From assembly GCA_964248365.1 (NCBI GenBank), contig CAXTYC010000019.1, positions 35,037 to 99,036 on the forward strand: a stretch of 64,000 nucleotides of DNA, read 5' to 3'. The notes under the pieces are model-generated. The model worked only from the letters and a program-made list of their open reading frames with translations. It did no database searches and was not told where the DNA came from. This document shows, piece by piece, positions 19,445 through 28,632 of this stretch. Position numbers and translations under genes: made by a program. How positions within the stretch are numbered: position 1 is the stretch's first letter; the number at the start of each line of letters is the position of its first letter. Source of the DNA: an uncultured Chroococcidiopsis sp. Lineage in GTDB: Bacteria > Cyanobacteriota > Cyanobacteriia > Cyanobacteriales > Chroococcidiopsidaceae.

Positions 19445-21034
19445 ATGCCAAAGCAAACTGTACCACTGCCGATCGCTCGCACTAAAGTTGATTCTCACCC
19501 AGCTAATCCAAGCTCGAAAAGAGAAATTAACTCACAGCCAGTTACAGAGTTACCAAATAAAGCAAGTGCTGGCTTGTCATCGGTTAAATCTGAAAGCAAT
19601 TGGTCGCCCGCTGTACAGAATGTCTTAGAACAGCCGCCCGCATCCTTTCCAAGACAGTTACTCATGGGAGGATTGATTTTCTGTCTTGCATTTATTGGTT
19701 GGGCTTGGCTGGGGAAAATTGAGGAAGTAGGTCATGCCCAGGGGCGGCTAGTACCGCGAGGAGAAGCATACAAAGTCAACCCTCTTGATCTGGGCAAGAT
19801 CATGCGAATCAATGTTAAAGAAGGTGACACAGTTAAAGCTGGACAGGTACTGGTTGAACTGGATACTCAAATAGCCACTAGTGAAGTCGATCGCCTCAAG
19901 CAAACGCTTGCTGGGTATCAAGATCAGTTAAAGCAGAAGCAAGCACTAATTGAAAAAAACCGTCAGGAAGCTAATAGCCGTTCCTTGTTAGCTAAAACTA
20001 ATCTACAGATACAAGATGCCCTGATCAATGCTGCCAAGTCAAAGGCTGCAACTAGCCAGGAATTGCTGGCACAAATGCAAACAGAGAAAGCTGCTAGTCA
20101 AACGAGAATCCAAAGGCTAAAACCACTTACATCTGTGCGTCAAGAGCGACTAGCACAACTAAAATCAGATGTGGCGGCGCATCAGGAAAGAGTTAATCGG
20201 CTGAAAAAACTAGTAGCAGATGGGGCGCTTTCTAAGGAATATTTATTTAGAGCGCAGCAAGATCTAAGCGCTAGTCAAGCAGCAATTACCCAAACTAAAT
20301 TACAAGAAGGTGCGAACACTGACGATCGCCTGTATGAAGCCGAAAAAAACCAGCGCGATCGTACCTCAACTATTACCCAACAACAAGGGGAACTAAAACA
20401 AGCCTTGGTAGAAATTCAAAGTCTCCAAGCACAGTTAAACCAAAAAATAGCTGAATCAAATATCGATCAGCTAGAAGCACAGCAGCGAATACAGCAATTA
20501 GAAGTCGAAAAAACTCAGCTAAAATCCCAAATTGCTGAAACGCAAAATCTACTAAACAGAGCGAGAACGCAATTAGTACAAAAGTTTCTCTATGCTCCAG
20601 TTGACGGCGTAGTATCATCGCTCAACGTTCGCAACGTAGGTGAAGTCGTACAGCAAGGACAAACAATTGCAGAAGTAGCTCCCACAACCGCACCTCTGGT
20701 TCTATCTGCTAGCTTACCTAATTCCGAAGCTGGTTTTATCAAACCAGGTCTGCCAGTGCAAGTTAAATTAGACGCTTTTCCCTATCAGGATTTCGGTATC
20801 GTTAGTGGCAAAGTCACTTCTATCTCTCCTGATACTAAACAAGATGAGAAGCAAGGTCTAGTCTATAAAGTTGAAGTAGCGCTTGATCGTAATTATGTCA
20901 ATACTAATGGGCAAACCATCCAATTTAAGGCTGGTCAAACTGCTACGGCAGACATTATTATCCGTCACCGTAGCATTGCTGATGTATTGCTCGATCCACT
21001 CAAGCAGCTGCAAAAAGGCGGTATGAATTTATAA
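19445..21034 (+). CDS. HlyD-family membrane fusion protein (type I secretion)
   Basis: Single TM, VKEGDTVKAGQVL, long coiled coil, APVDGVV, KLDAFPYQDFG. Confidence 0.92.
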   Translation: MPKQTVPLPIARTKVDSHPANPSSKREINSQPVTELPNKASAGLSSVKSESNWSPAVQNVLEQPPASFPRQLLMGGLIFCLAFIGWAWLGKIEEVGHAQGRLVPRGEAYKVNPLDLGKIMRINVKEGDTVKAGQVLVELDTQIATSEVDRLKQTLAGYQDQLKQKQALIEKNRQEANSRSLLAKTNLQIQDALINAAKSKAATSQELLAQMQTEKAASQTRIQRLKPLTSVRQERLAQLKSDVAAHQERVNRLKKLVADGALSKEYLFRAQQDLSASQAAITQTKLQEGANTDDRLYEAEKNQRDRTSTITQQQGELKQALVEIQSLQAQLNQKIAESNIDQLEAQQRIQQLEVEKTQLKSQIAETQNLLNRARTQLVQKFLYAPVDGVVSSLNVRNVGEVVQQGQTIAEVAPTTAPLVLSASLPNSEAGFIKPGLPVQVKLDAFPYQDFGIVSGKVTSISPDTKQDEKQGLVYKVEVALDRNYVNTNGQTIQFKAGQTATADIIIRHRSIADVLLDPLKQLQKGGMNL

Positions 21035-21099
21035 AACTCAATTTTTCTGTGCAGCGATATAGCATCTACCCAATGAAATCGACTTTTTAAATCAAAAGG

Positions 21100-21513
21100 G
21101 TGAAACTTATGACTGGGCGAATTCCTTTTTCAGATACCAGAGTTAACAAAACTATTCACGACGAGCAACTAAATCAGATCATTGAAGCAATTTTGGCTGG
21201 AAAGTATTCCTGGGCTTGTTTTTTACTCCTACGCTGTACTGGTTACGATCCATTACATTACATACCCTATCGCACATACAACCGATTGTTGAAAGAAAAC
21301 TGCCAACATGGCAAATCAAGGATACAAACAACCGATAAGATCAAACTTGATAACCAACGTGAAGTTAATAATAGTAGATCTTCACAAGGATGTTTAAGCA
21401 AGATTAAAGACCTGGGTTACTTAGAGGTTGTTGGTAAGCAAAAAGCACAGGTGCGCGGTGGTATTCTAAGTCAGTATCCGCTGTTTAACAAAGTCTTCAC
21501 AGCACTCAAGTAA
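21100..21513 (+). CDS. hetP: HetP-family protein (start may be ATG 21109)
   Basis: [14 protein letters not shown]...[17 protein letters not shown] is the HetP signature; orthology to the heterocyst hetP not established. Confidence 0.8.
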   Translation: MKLMTGRIPFSDTRVNKTIHDEQLNQIIEAILAGKYSWACFLLLRCTGYDPLHYIPYRTYNRLLKENCQHGKSRIQTTDKIKLDNQREVNNSRSSQGCLSKIKDLGYLEVVGKQKAQVRGGILSQYPLFNKVFTALK

Positions 21514-21564
21514 ACTAGATTTAGAGCTACCATTGATTGTTTTCTAAAAGCTACAACAAACAGG

Positions 21565-21600
21565 CTCAATCTAATTATTAATAGATTGAGTCAACTTTTT
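21565..21600 (+). terminator. Intrinsic terminator-like hairpin after the hetP-like gene
   Basis: ctcaatcta...tagattgag followed by a T-run. Confidence 0.55.
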
Positions 21601-21694
21601 TATAGCAACCTAACTCCTACCTAGTTCATTTGGATAGGTTTTTATATTGACTAAATCTGAAGTTATCTTACAAAAGTACTGGAATTAAAAATAC

Positions 21695-21707
21695 TGCCAA
21701 AATGGCA
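21695..21707 (+). promoter_or_regulatory. Palindromic candidate operator TGCCA-AAA-TGGCA (copy 1)
   Basis: Identical 13-mer also at 23928-23940; both lie upstream of leader-peptide genes. Confidence 0.5.
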
Positions 21708-21805
21708 ACATACCTCTAAAGCAGTTAGTTATAGTTTAAACATAGCAACTAACAAATGTTGTTTCAGGCAAACAAATTCTTTCTAGTTATTGTAGGAGAC
21801 AAACA

Positions 21806-22024
21806 ATGATTATTTCTGATTTGAATCATCTAGAAGTTGTATCGGAAGCATCCAGCGTTGTCGGTGGCGGAAACAATTCTCTCGATTTCTACCTAAAAAT
21901 TACCAAACAGGCTAATGTTTCCGTAATCAAACAGGAAGCTAATGCTGCTGCTGTCACTTTTAAGGGAAATGCAACAGCTACAGCAACCAATAAAGCAACA
22001 GTAGTGCAGCTTAACCAAGCTTAA
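21806..22024 (+). CDS. Double-glycine leader peptide 1 (curlin-like core)
   Basis: MIISDLNHLEVVSEASSVVGG leader; AGGAG RBS. Confidence 0.9.
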   Translation: MIISDLNHLEVVSEASSVVGGGNNSLDFYLKITKQANVSVIKQEANAAAVTFKGNATATATNKATVVQLNQA

Positions 22025-22168
22025 CGATTGCTGTAAGTATCATCTAGATATGTTTAGCAATAATATTGCTGCCTGGGCAACATTATTGCCAGGAGCAATT
22101 AAGGTGTTGCTCACAACAACCAAGACAAATTGCCGTAAACACACAAACTATTTTGTAGGAGACAAACA

Positions 22169-22387
22169 ATGATTATTTCTGATTTGAATCATCTAGAAGT
22201 TGTGTCGGAAGCATCCAGCGTTGTCGGTGGCGGAAACAATTCTCTCGATTTCTACCTAAAATTTACCAAACAGTCTAATGTCTCCGTAATTACCCAGGTA
22301 GCCAATGCCGCTGCTATCTCCACTAAGGGAAATGCAAAAGCTACAGCAACCAATACAGCAACAGTAGTGCAGCTTAACCAAGCTTAA
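22169..22387 (+). CDS. Double-glycine leader peptide 2
   Basis: Identical leader; AGGAG RBS. Confidence 0.9.
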   Translation: MIISDLNHLEVVSEASSVVGGGNNSLDFYLKFTKQSNVSVITQVANAAAISTKGNAKATATNTATVVQLNQA

Positions 22388-22531
22388 CGATTGCTGTGAG
22401 CAGCATCTAGATATGTTTAGCAATAATATTGCTGCCAGTCTAGCAAGATTATTGCCGGAGCAATTAAGGTGTTGCTCATAACAACCAAGACAAATTGCGG
22501 TAAACACAAACTATTTTGTAGGAACAAGACA

Positions 22532-22768
22532 ATGATTATTTCTGATTTGAATCATCTAGAAGTTGTGTCGGAAGCATCCAGCGTTGTCGGCGGCGGCGGA
22601 AACAAAAATAACAAATACAAACCTGTCAAAATCGACCTAAAAATTACCGATCAGTCTAATGTCTCCGTAATCTATCAGGAAGCTAATGCTGCTGCTGTCA
22701 CTTCTAAGGGAAATGCAACAGCTACAGCAACCAATACAGCAACAGTAGTGCAGGTTAACAAAGCTTAA
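22532..22768 (+). CDS. Double-glycine leader peptide 3 (78 aa)
   Basis: Identical leader; start reassigned to ATG 22532 after AGGA. Confidence 0.9.
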   Translation: MIISDLNHLEVVSEASSVVGGGGNKNNKYKPVKIDLKITDQSNVSVIYQEANAAAVTSKGNATATATNTATVVQVNKA

Positions 22769-22912
22769 CGATTGCTGTAAGCAGCATCTAGATATGTTTA
22801 GCAATAATATTGCTGCCAGTCTAGCAAGATTATTGCCGGAGCAATTAAGGTGTTGCTCATAACAACCAAGACAAATTGCGGTAAACACAAACTATTTTGT
22901 AGGAACAAGACA

Positions 22913-23149
22913 ATGATTATTTCTGATTTGAATCATCTAGAAGTTGTGTCGGAAGCATCCAGCGTTGTCGGCGGCGGCGGAAACAAAAATAACAAATACA
23001 AACCTGTCAAAATCGACCTAAAAATTACCGATCAGTCTAATGTCTCCGTAATCTATCAGGAAGCTAATGCTGCTGCTGTCACTTCTAAGGGAAATGCAAC
23101 AGCTACAGCAACCAATACAGCAACAGTAGTGCAGGTTAACCGAGCTTAA
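22913..23149 (+). CDS. Double-glycine leader peptide 4 (78 aa, differs from peptide 3 only by K/R near the C-terminus)
   Basis: Near-exact 381-bp duplication of unit 3. Confidence 0.9.
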   Translation: MIISDLNHLEVVSEASSVVGGGGNKNNKYKPVKIDLKITDQSNVSVIYQEANAAAVTSKGNATATATNTATVVQVNRA

Positions 23150-23296
23150 CGATTGCTGTGAGCAACATCTAGATATGTTTAGCAATAATATTGCTGCCTG
23201 GGCAGCAATATTATTGTCAAACTTAGTAATTTGATTGCTCACAACAACCAAGAGAAATTGCAGCAAACAAGCAATCTATTTTGTAGGAAGAAAACA

Positions 23297-23524
23297 ATGG
23301 TTATTTCTGATTTGAATCATCTAGAAGTTGTGTCGAAAGCGTCTAGCGTTGTCGGCGGAAAAGTAGGTATCGACCTAGATTTAAAGCAGAAGCAGAATCA
23401 AAAGCTGAGTATCAAAGGAGCCAATATTGGCATTATCAATCAAGTTGGTATTGCTACTGCTGTAGCTGTAAACTTGAATGGTAAAGCAGTTGCAAAAGCA
23501 GATGTTGAAAATAACATTAACTAA
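23297..23524 (+). CDS. Double-glycine leader peptide 5 (divergent core)
   Basis: MVISDLNHLEVVSKASSVVGG; core includes ANIGIINQ...AVAKADVENNIN. Confidence 0.87.
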   Translation: MVISDLNHLEVVSKASSVVGGKVGIDLDLKQKQNQKLSIKGANIGIINQVGIATAVAVNLNGKAVAKADVENNIN

Positions 23525-23565
23525 TATTGGTTCCTACAGTAGGTAACAGCAACGGTAATCCTCAT

Positions 23566-23830
23566 AGGCTATGTTTGAAAAGTCAGTTTGCTGGGCTTGA
23601 AGGTATGAAGATTCAATAGAGGTATAACCTGACTTGTTAATCCGACCTCACCGATGCCCAATGGCGCGAGTTGGAACCCCTCATTGATTCCCTTGGTACT
23701 ACGTGGGGGGTGAGCGCTTGAACATTAACAACAGAAGTTCAACAGTACTGTTTTCTATACGATCCCATGACTTACCTCCTTGGCAGACCGGAGATTATTG
23801 GTTTTGCTGTTAGCAACAACATGGGGCTAA
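23566..23830 (+). mobile_element. Degenerate IS5-family transposase remnant
   Basis: Fragments translate as SDLTDAQWRELEPLI and PHDLPPWQT; IR-like TAGGCTATGTTTGAAAAGTC at the left. Confidence 0.7.
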
Positions 23831-23927
23831 AGATTACCAAAATTTGCTTAAACGTTGCTTTCCCCTGTTTTTTAACCTTGCGAAGATAAGCATATTTATT
23901 ATATTTATCGGTTTAAACGAAAGTATC

Positions 23928-23940
23928 TGCCAAAATGGCA
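23928..23940 (+). promoter_or_regulatory. Palindromic candidate operator TGCCA-AAA-TGGCA (copy 2)
   Basis: Exact match to 21695-21707, about 85 bp upstream of peptide 6. Confidence 0.5.
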
Positions 23941-24024
23941 ATAAAAGTTGGATTATACTGGTTTAATTTAGGCTAGTTAGATCTCACACTAAAAACGAAC
24001 TATTTGAATGGAGAGAGCAATCAA

Positions 24025-24258
24025 ATGATTATCATTTCAGACTTGAGCTATGTAGAAGTAGTTTCTGCATCTAGTATTGTAGGTGGAGCCAGCCAAGTTA
24101 ATTCGGCAGAGTTTAGCACCACCACTAACACTAATGACTCGTCGGTTACAACAGGAGGAGCTTTTAATCTAAGTCCGTCTCACTCCACGCCCACACCCCT
24201 AGCAAACAGCACGATTTTACCTAATAACATCAAGCTCGAACAAGCGTTAGCTTTATGA
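24025..24258 (+). CDS. Double-glycine leader peptide 6 (Ser/Thr/Asn-rich core)
   Basis: MIIISDLSYVEVVSASSIVGG; GGAG RBS. Confidence 0.8.
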   Translation: MIIISDLSYVEVVSASSIVGGASQVNSAEFSTTTNTNDSSVTTGGAFNLSPSHSTPTPLANSTILPNNIKLEQALAL

Positions 24259-24711
24259 ACAAACGATCTGCGTGCTGACTCAAAAGGCTTCAAAGAGCTA
24301 GATGTAAATTTTAAGGTTTGGAATGTAGTAGCCGCTGGTAAGTTAAGAAGCTTTCAGCGGTTTTATTCTTGCAACAAGATTCTGATTCACAGCTTTCGCA
24401 AATATAATAATAGTTAATTTATCTAGTAAAAGTATACCATTTGTATCAAATTATCCTCCAGCAAATGTCTTGCCACCAGCAATAAGTATCAATTCACGAT
24501 TAATTGAACATTATTTTTAGAGAGCTTTCTAAGTAGTTAGAGATAAAAATATTACATAAATAACTATAATTTACTAAACTAAGTTACAATTTATTTTTGT
24601 TAAAATAGAGAGAAAAATTGAAATATAGATACTATATTTGTAATTACAGGGAACTAAAATTGTCCTGCTCTATCTCGCTTACAAAAATTAATTGCACCGA
24701 GGGAGAAACCT

Positions 24712-24975
24712 ATGATTATCTCCGATCTCAACTATTTGGAAGATGTTTTTGAAGCAACCACTATTGGAGGAGGATTAAACTATAACATTGACTCGCTTAT
24801 TACATGGGCTAACAACCTTGTCGAGGACGTTGACAAAAATCTAAAACTTAATAATGCTTCAGTCAATCAGGAGAAACCAGCTTTAAAAGTTGGAAAAGTT
24901 GAAAAGAAAGTTGAAAACAAAGCCTCTGGTAGTTATGCCATAGCTTATTCTAGCGTGACCTACTCTACAACTTAG
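24712..24975 (+). CDS. Double-glycine leader peptide 7
   Basis: MIISDLNYLEDVFEATTIGGG; GAGGGAG RBS. Confidence 0.82.
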   Translation: MIISDLNYLEDVFEATTIGGGLNYNIDSLITWANNLVEDVDKNLKLNNASVNQEKPALKVGKVEKKVENKASGSYAIAYSSVTYSTT

Positions 24976-25236
24976 TAGAGTAGCCAAGGTATCAAAATTT
25001 AGCATTATCTTGAAACAAGAGCAGTAACTTTGCACGTCAATATTAACTTCCGATTGAAGTTACTGCTTACATTTATTGAGCTTTTTGATTGAGGTTATTT
25101 CATTTAGGTGGAGTATATTTTTTATTTACTTAGTCTTTCTATAGAGCAAGACGTTTATTAGAAGCTCAATAATTTAAGTAGCTTGTTTTTAGTATACTTA
25201 TAGTGGTTTGCCACTTGCAAAACAAAGGCTATACGA

Positions 25237-25977
25237 ATGTCCAGCTTGCAAAATATACAGGTTCAGCCAGAGCAAATTATAGAATTTTTGCAGAAAAATA
25301 TACGTTACAAAGAAATATATCAAGAAACTTTGTATCAGCAAGTGATTACTCAAGCTGCTGGGGAGAGAGGGATAACTGTCACTGATGAAGAAATTCAGGC
25401 AGAAGCAGATCGCCAACGTCTTGAAAAGCGGCTAGAGAAAGCTGCGGATACGTTGGCATGGCTAACAGAGCAGATGATAACTCCAGATGATTGGGAGGCA
25501 GGAATTCGTGATAAAATTTTGGCTAAGAAACTAGCTAACCATTTATTTGCCCAAGAAGTAGAAAAATTTTTTAATCAAAATAGGCTTGATTTTGATCGAG
25601 TCTTACTCTATTCTTTTGTTGTTACCGATCAACAGCTTGCTCAAGAAATTTTCTATCAAATTGAAGACAAGGAAATCACCTTTTACGAAGCTGCTCATTT
25701 GTATGACATTGACAAGAAGCGCAGACTTCAATGCGGTTACGAGGGAGAGCTTTATCGTTGGAGCTTAAAGCCAGATATAGCAGCAGTTGTATTTAGTGGC
25801 AGACTAGGAGAAGTGTTTGGTCCCTTTAGTACCGAGCAAGGATTCCATCTGTTGATGGTTGAAGAGTTTATTCCGGCTGAATTAACACCCCAAAGGTATC
25901 AAGAAATTCTTGATAGGGTATTTCAAGAATGGCTGGTTAATGAACTCAACTATTTACTCTATAATCAAGTCAGTTGA
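25237..25977 (+). CDS. PpiC/parvulin-like peptidyl-prolyl isomerase (foldase) of cyanobacterial peptide-export clusters
   Basis: SurA-like helical N-part (GITVTDEEIQ), rotamase-like FYEAAHLY...GEVFGPFSTEQGFHLLMVEE. Confidence 0.85.
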   Translation: MSSLQNIQVQPEQIIEFLQKNIRYKEIYQETLYQQVITQAAGERGITVTDEEIQAEADRQRLEKRLEKAADTLAWLTEQMITPDDWEAGIRDKILAKKLANHLFAQEVEKFFNQNRLDFDRVLLYSFVVTDQQLAQEIFYQIEDKEITFYEAAHLYDIDKKRRLQCGYEGELYRWSLKPDIAAVVFSGRLGEVFGPFSTEQGFHLLMVEEFIPAELTPQRYQEILDRVFQEWLVNELNYLLYNQVS

Positions 25978-26067
25978 TATAATTTTTTAAATAGTCGTCT
26001 ATTAGTGCGATCGTAGGAGCGGTTATATATATTGCGATCGCACAAGAGTTAAGGGAGAATCTTAGTA

Positions 26068-26253
26068 ATGAACTACTCTAAAGTCTTTGTCAAACGCACA
26101 TCACAAGATGGAGAGGTTGTTACACAAGCAAAAAGTGTGGTAGTTACTTCTGGTAACTCACAATGCACAGTGAGTCAAACCGTTACTGTTGAATCCTCGG
26201 AAAATAGTTATAGCAGTAGCTCAACATCTAGCTCTACTACTGTAAGTATATAG
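26068..26253 (+). CDS. Small Ser/Thr/Val-rich hypothetical protein without GG leader
   Basis: 61-aa ORF with GGGAG RBS; beta-strand-like alternation. Confidence 0.65.
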   Translation: MNYSKVFVKRTSQDGEVVTQAKSVVVTSGNSQCTVSQTVTVESSENSYSSSSTSSSTTVSI

Positions 26254-26264
26254 TAGATAATTTA

Positions 26265-26385
26265 GTAGGGTGGGCATTGCCCACCATGATCAAAAGGAGT
26301 AGGCAATGCCCTAAATCATTGGTGAACAGTGAGCATTGCCCACCATTATCAAATATCAAATTGGTGGGCATGGGTGGCATACTAG
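26265..26385. repeat. REP-like GGTGGGCATTGCCCACC palindrome cluster (also near 36435-36485, 45332-45357, 52036-52097)
   Basis: gtagggtgggcattgcccacc recurs in several intergenic regions. Confidence 0.8.
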
Positions 26386-26399
26386 GGTAATCTTTCAGC

Positions 26400-27242
26400 T
26401 CACCTTGAGCTAAAACCTTTTCTTTTCATTTTATACCCCATACCCATTACCCATAAGAGTGAACCTAAGATAGTTGAAGGTTCAGGAACACTAGCGCTTT
26501 CCTGTGCATTAACTTCGGCATAATTTGTCTTAACTTCTACTAAAGTTAGATTGGTTAAGACATCAAAAGTACGTGAAAAAATCCCCCCTGTTGATGCTTG
26601 AGCAATTTCTTGCTGATTTCCAAAACTAGTTTCTAAAGTAGTTTTCCTTAGATTCAAGGTGAAGCCGTTACTAGTTTTGTAATTAAGATAATCATTGTTA
26701 CCCATAGTGGCTAAATTACCCTTGAGGGTAAAGGAATCCAAGTAAATCCAATTATCCTGATTAGAGGTTTCATACAACTTTAAAGAGATATCACCAGTAG
26801 CATTTGCAGCTTCAAATTTGGGGTTGTCTATTGATGTAGCTAGGTTTAAGCCAGCGTTGAAGTTGAAAGAGAAAGTTTCACCACTATTTACACGAAAGTT
26901 ATAGCCTACAACGGCGGCTTTACTTTGTGCTAAACCAGAGTATTCGCTACCATTTCCATTAGTTCTACTAAAGGATGAATTGTCAGCATAAAATGGAGTG
27001 TCTACGACGATTAAATCATTTACTGCTGAAGCCGTAACCGTTCCATTACTAGCAAATGTGTCAGCATAAGTCTCAGCCAGAATCAAAACATCTGAAGGAT
27101 CGTGACTAAAGTTACCAATTTGTACTATTGACTGGGAATTACCTAAAGTAGCAGCTAGAAGGGGTGAAGTAGTTAAACCTAAAGCAAGCGGTGCTATAGG
27201 AGTAATTAGTAATAAAAAACTCTTAGCATTGATATTTTGCAC
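26400..27242 (-). CDS. PEP-CTERM sorting-domain secreted protein
   Basis: Signal peptide; C-terminal VPEPSTILGSLLWVMGMGYKMKRK. Confidence 0.88.
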   Translation of the reverse strand: MQNINAKSFLLLITPIAPLALGLTTSPLLAATLGNSQSIVQIGNFSHDPSDVLILAETYADTFASNGTVTASAVNDLIVVDTPFYADNSSFSRTNGNGSEYSGLAQSKAAVVGYNFRVNSGETFSFNFNAGLNLATSIDNPKFEAANATGDISLKLYETSNQDNWIYLDSFTLKGNLATMGNNDYLNYKTSNGFTLNLRKTTLETSFGNQQEIAQASTGGIFSRTFDVLTNLTLVEVKTNYAEVNAQESASVPEPSTILGSLLWVMGMGYKMKRKGFSSR

Positions 27243-27945
27243 TACAAAAATTCTCCTTGTATTTATTTATAAGCCAGTCTGGCTAATTAGCTTCAACTAT
27301 TAGCTCAAAGAAAGCAACTTAAAGGTTGCATGATTATTAACCCAACTCTTTTTTTGAGCAAGTGTCTTTAAAAATTAAGGCTGTAAAATTATGTATTAAA
27401 AATAAATTCACATATTGCACCAGTTTCAATAACCGCCCCTTACTCCTTTTTTGGGCTAATAGCTCAAGTCCATTGAAATGGACTGCAACCCAATGTTAGT
27501 CTTTTTAAGAAGACTTTGGCTTGAGAGCCTGTTAATTAATTAGCAGGCGGACTAAGGAATAGGTGCAAGATCTAAGATAAATAGATGGTGCAAATGTTGG
27601 CAGTGTAGCTCCACTACCAAGTGATTAATTATACGAAACACATAAATATCAATATATAAGACCTGAGAAGATACTTGCAGATCTATACTTTTAAAATCTG
27701 CAAACACGATGGTTACAACGCACGGTATACAATGTATATCTTAGGGTAAATTTGATAACTTTTAGTTTACGACCACTTTCAGGTTATTCAGTATTAAACT
27801 ACTTAATAAAGATTTATCGTTACAAACTATTTTATGTTAAAAATAACACTATTAACATAAAAAATACGTAAATTTACTGATATTTATTGGAAGGATTTAT
27901 GAAGCTTGCAAGGTAGGGTGCGGTTATTAACACACCCTACCTTGC

Positions 27946-28632
27946 TTATGCTTTGGCAATGGCTGATTTTGCTAGGGGTGAATTGTCATACTGAGCTAGC
28001 AGATCTGCTGGATCGTCATAGATAGCGATCGCATCCTTCAGTTGACTATCATCAAAGCCACCACAACGAACAGCAATTACACCAACTCCAGCCTTGGCAG
28101 CCGACTCGATATCATAAGGCGTATCACCCAGCATCAGCACCTCGTCGGGTTGCAGCCCAATCTTGCCTAATGCAGCTTCTACCAAATCCGGTTCTGGTTT
28201 CGATTTTTCGGCATCGCTGGAGGTGGTTGCATCATCCTGACTCAGCAGATCGTCAACAGAGGCGGCTTTTAGCAACACTGAAAGTTCTTGACTCGTCGCT
28301 GAACTGGCAATGAGCAACCGTAACCCCTCACCCTGCATCTTCTGTATCAATTCCCGTGCGCCCTTTGCTGGGGCTAGATTTGAGCCAAATTTGTTGATAA
28401 TCAATTCTTTGCGGCGATCAGCAATTTCTTTGCCCTTCCCTTCGTTACCAGAAAGTCCAGGCGCGAACTTAGGCACAATCTGATCGCCCCCCATACCAAT
28501 CAAAGATCGCACATCTTCAAACTTAACCTCGTAGCCAAATGCTGCAAATGCTTCTACCCAAGCTTGGGCGTGGGCATCATTGCTCAAAACAAGTGTCCCA
28601 TCTACATCCAAAAGCACACCCTGTAATGCCAT
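27946..28632 (-). CDS. HAD-family hydrolase
   Basis: DVDGTL, SKPEPD, GDTPYD. Confidence 0.92.
   Translation of the reverse strand: MALQGVLLDVDGTLVLSNDAHAQAWVEAFAAFGYEVKFEDVRSLIGMGGDQIVPKFAPGLSGNEGKGKEIADRRKELIINKFGSNLAPAKGARELIQKMQGEGLRLLIASSATSQELSVLLKAASVDDLLSQDDATTSSDAEKSKPEPDLVEAALGKIGLQPDEVLMLGDTPYDIESAAKAGVGVIAVRCGGFDDSQLKDAIAIYDDPADLLAQYDNSPLAKSAIAKA

Larger units (their letters stand above)
21785..23360 (+). repeat. Tandem gene-scale repeat array (unit 363-384 bp), each unit a precursor gene plus a conserved structured spacer
   Basis: ATG spacings 363, 363, 381, 384 bp; near-identical spacers and leaders. Confidence 0.95.

Noticed and set aside
15807..21513. Bona fide heterocyst hetC-hetP locus
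   Set aside because: The intervening HlyD and downstream peptide array fit a paralogous export cluster; orthology cannot be shown without a phylogeny.
22256..23266. Cys-rich minus-strand ORFs (HYCCCIGCCSCC)
   Set aside because: Antisense shadows of the GCA/ACA-rich precursor genes; no RBS evidence.
21785..23360. Repeat array as a CRISPR or DGR template
   Set aside because: Units are 363-384-bp gene duplications with no short repeat-spacer pattern, no cas gene or adjacent RT, and no obvious adenine-restricted variation.
21806..24975. Lanthipeptide or other modified RiPP cluster
   Set aside because: Cores lack Cys and no modifying enzymes are in the cluster; a trans-acting enzyme cannot be fully excluded.
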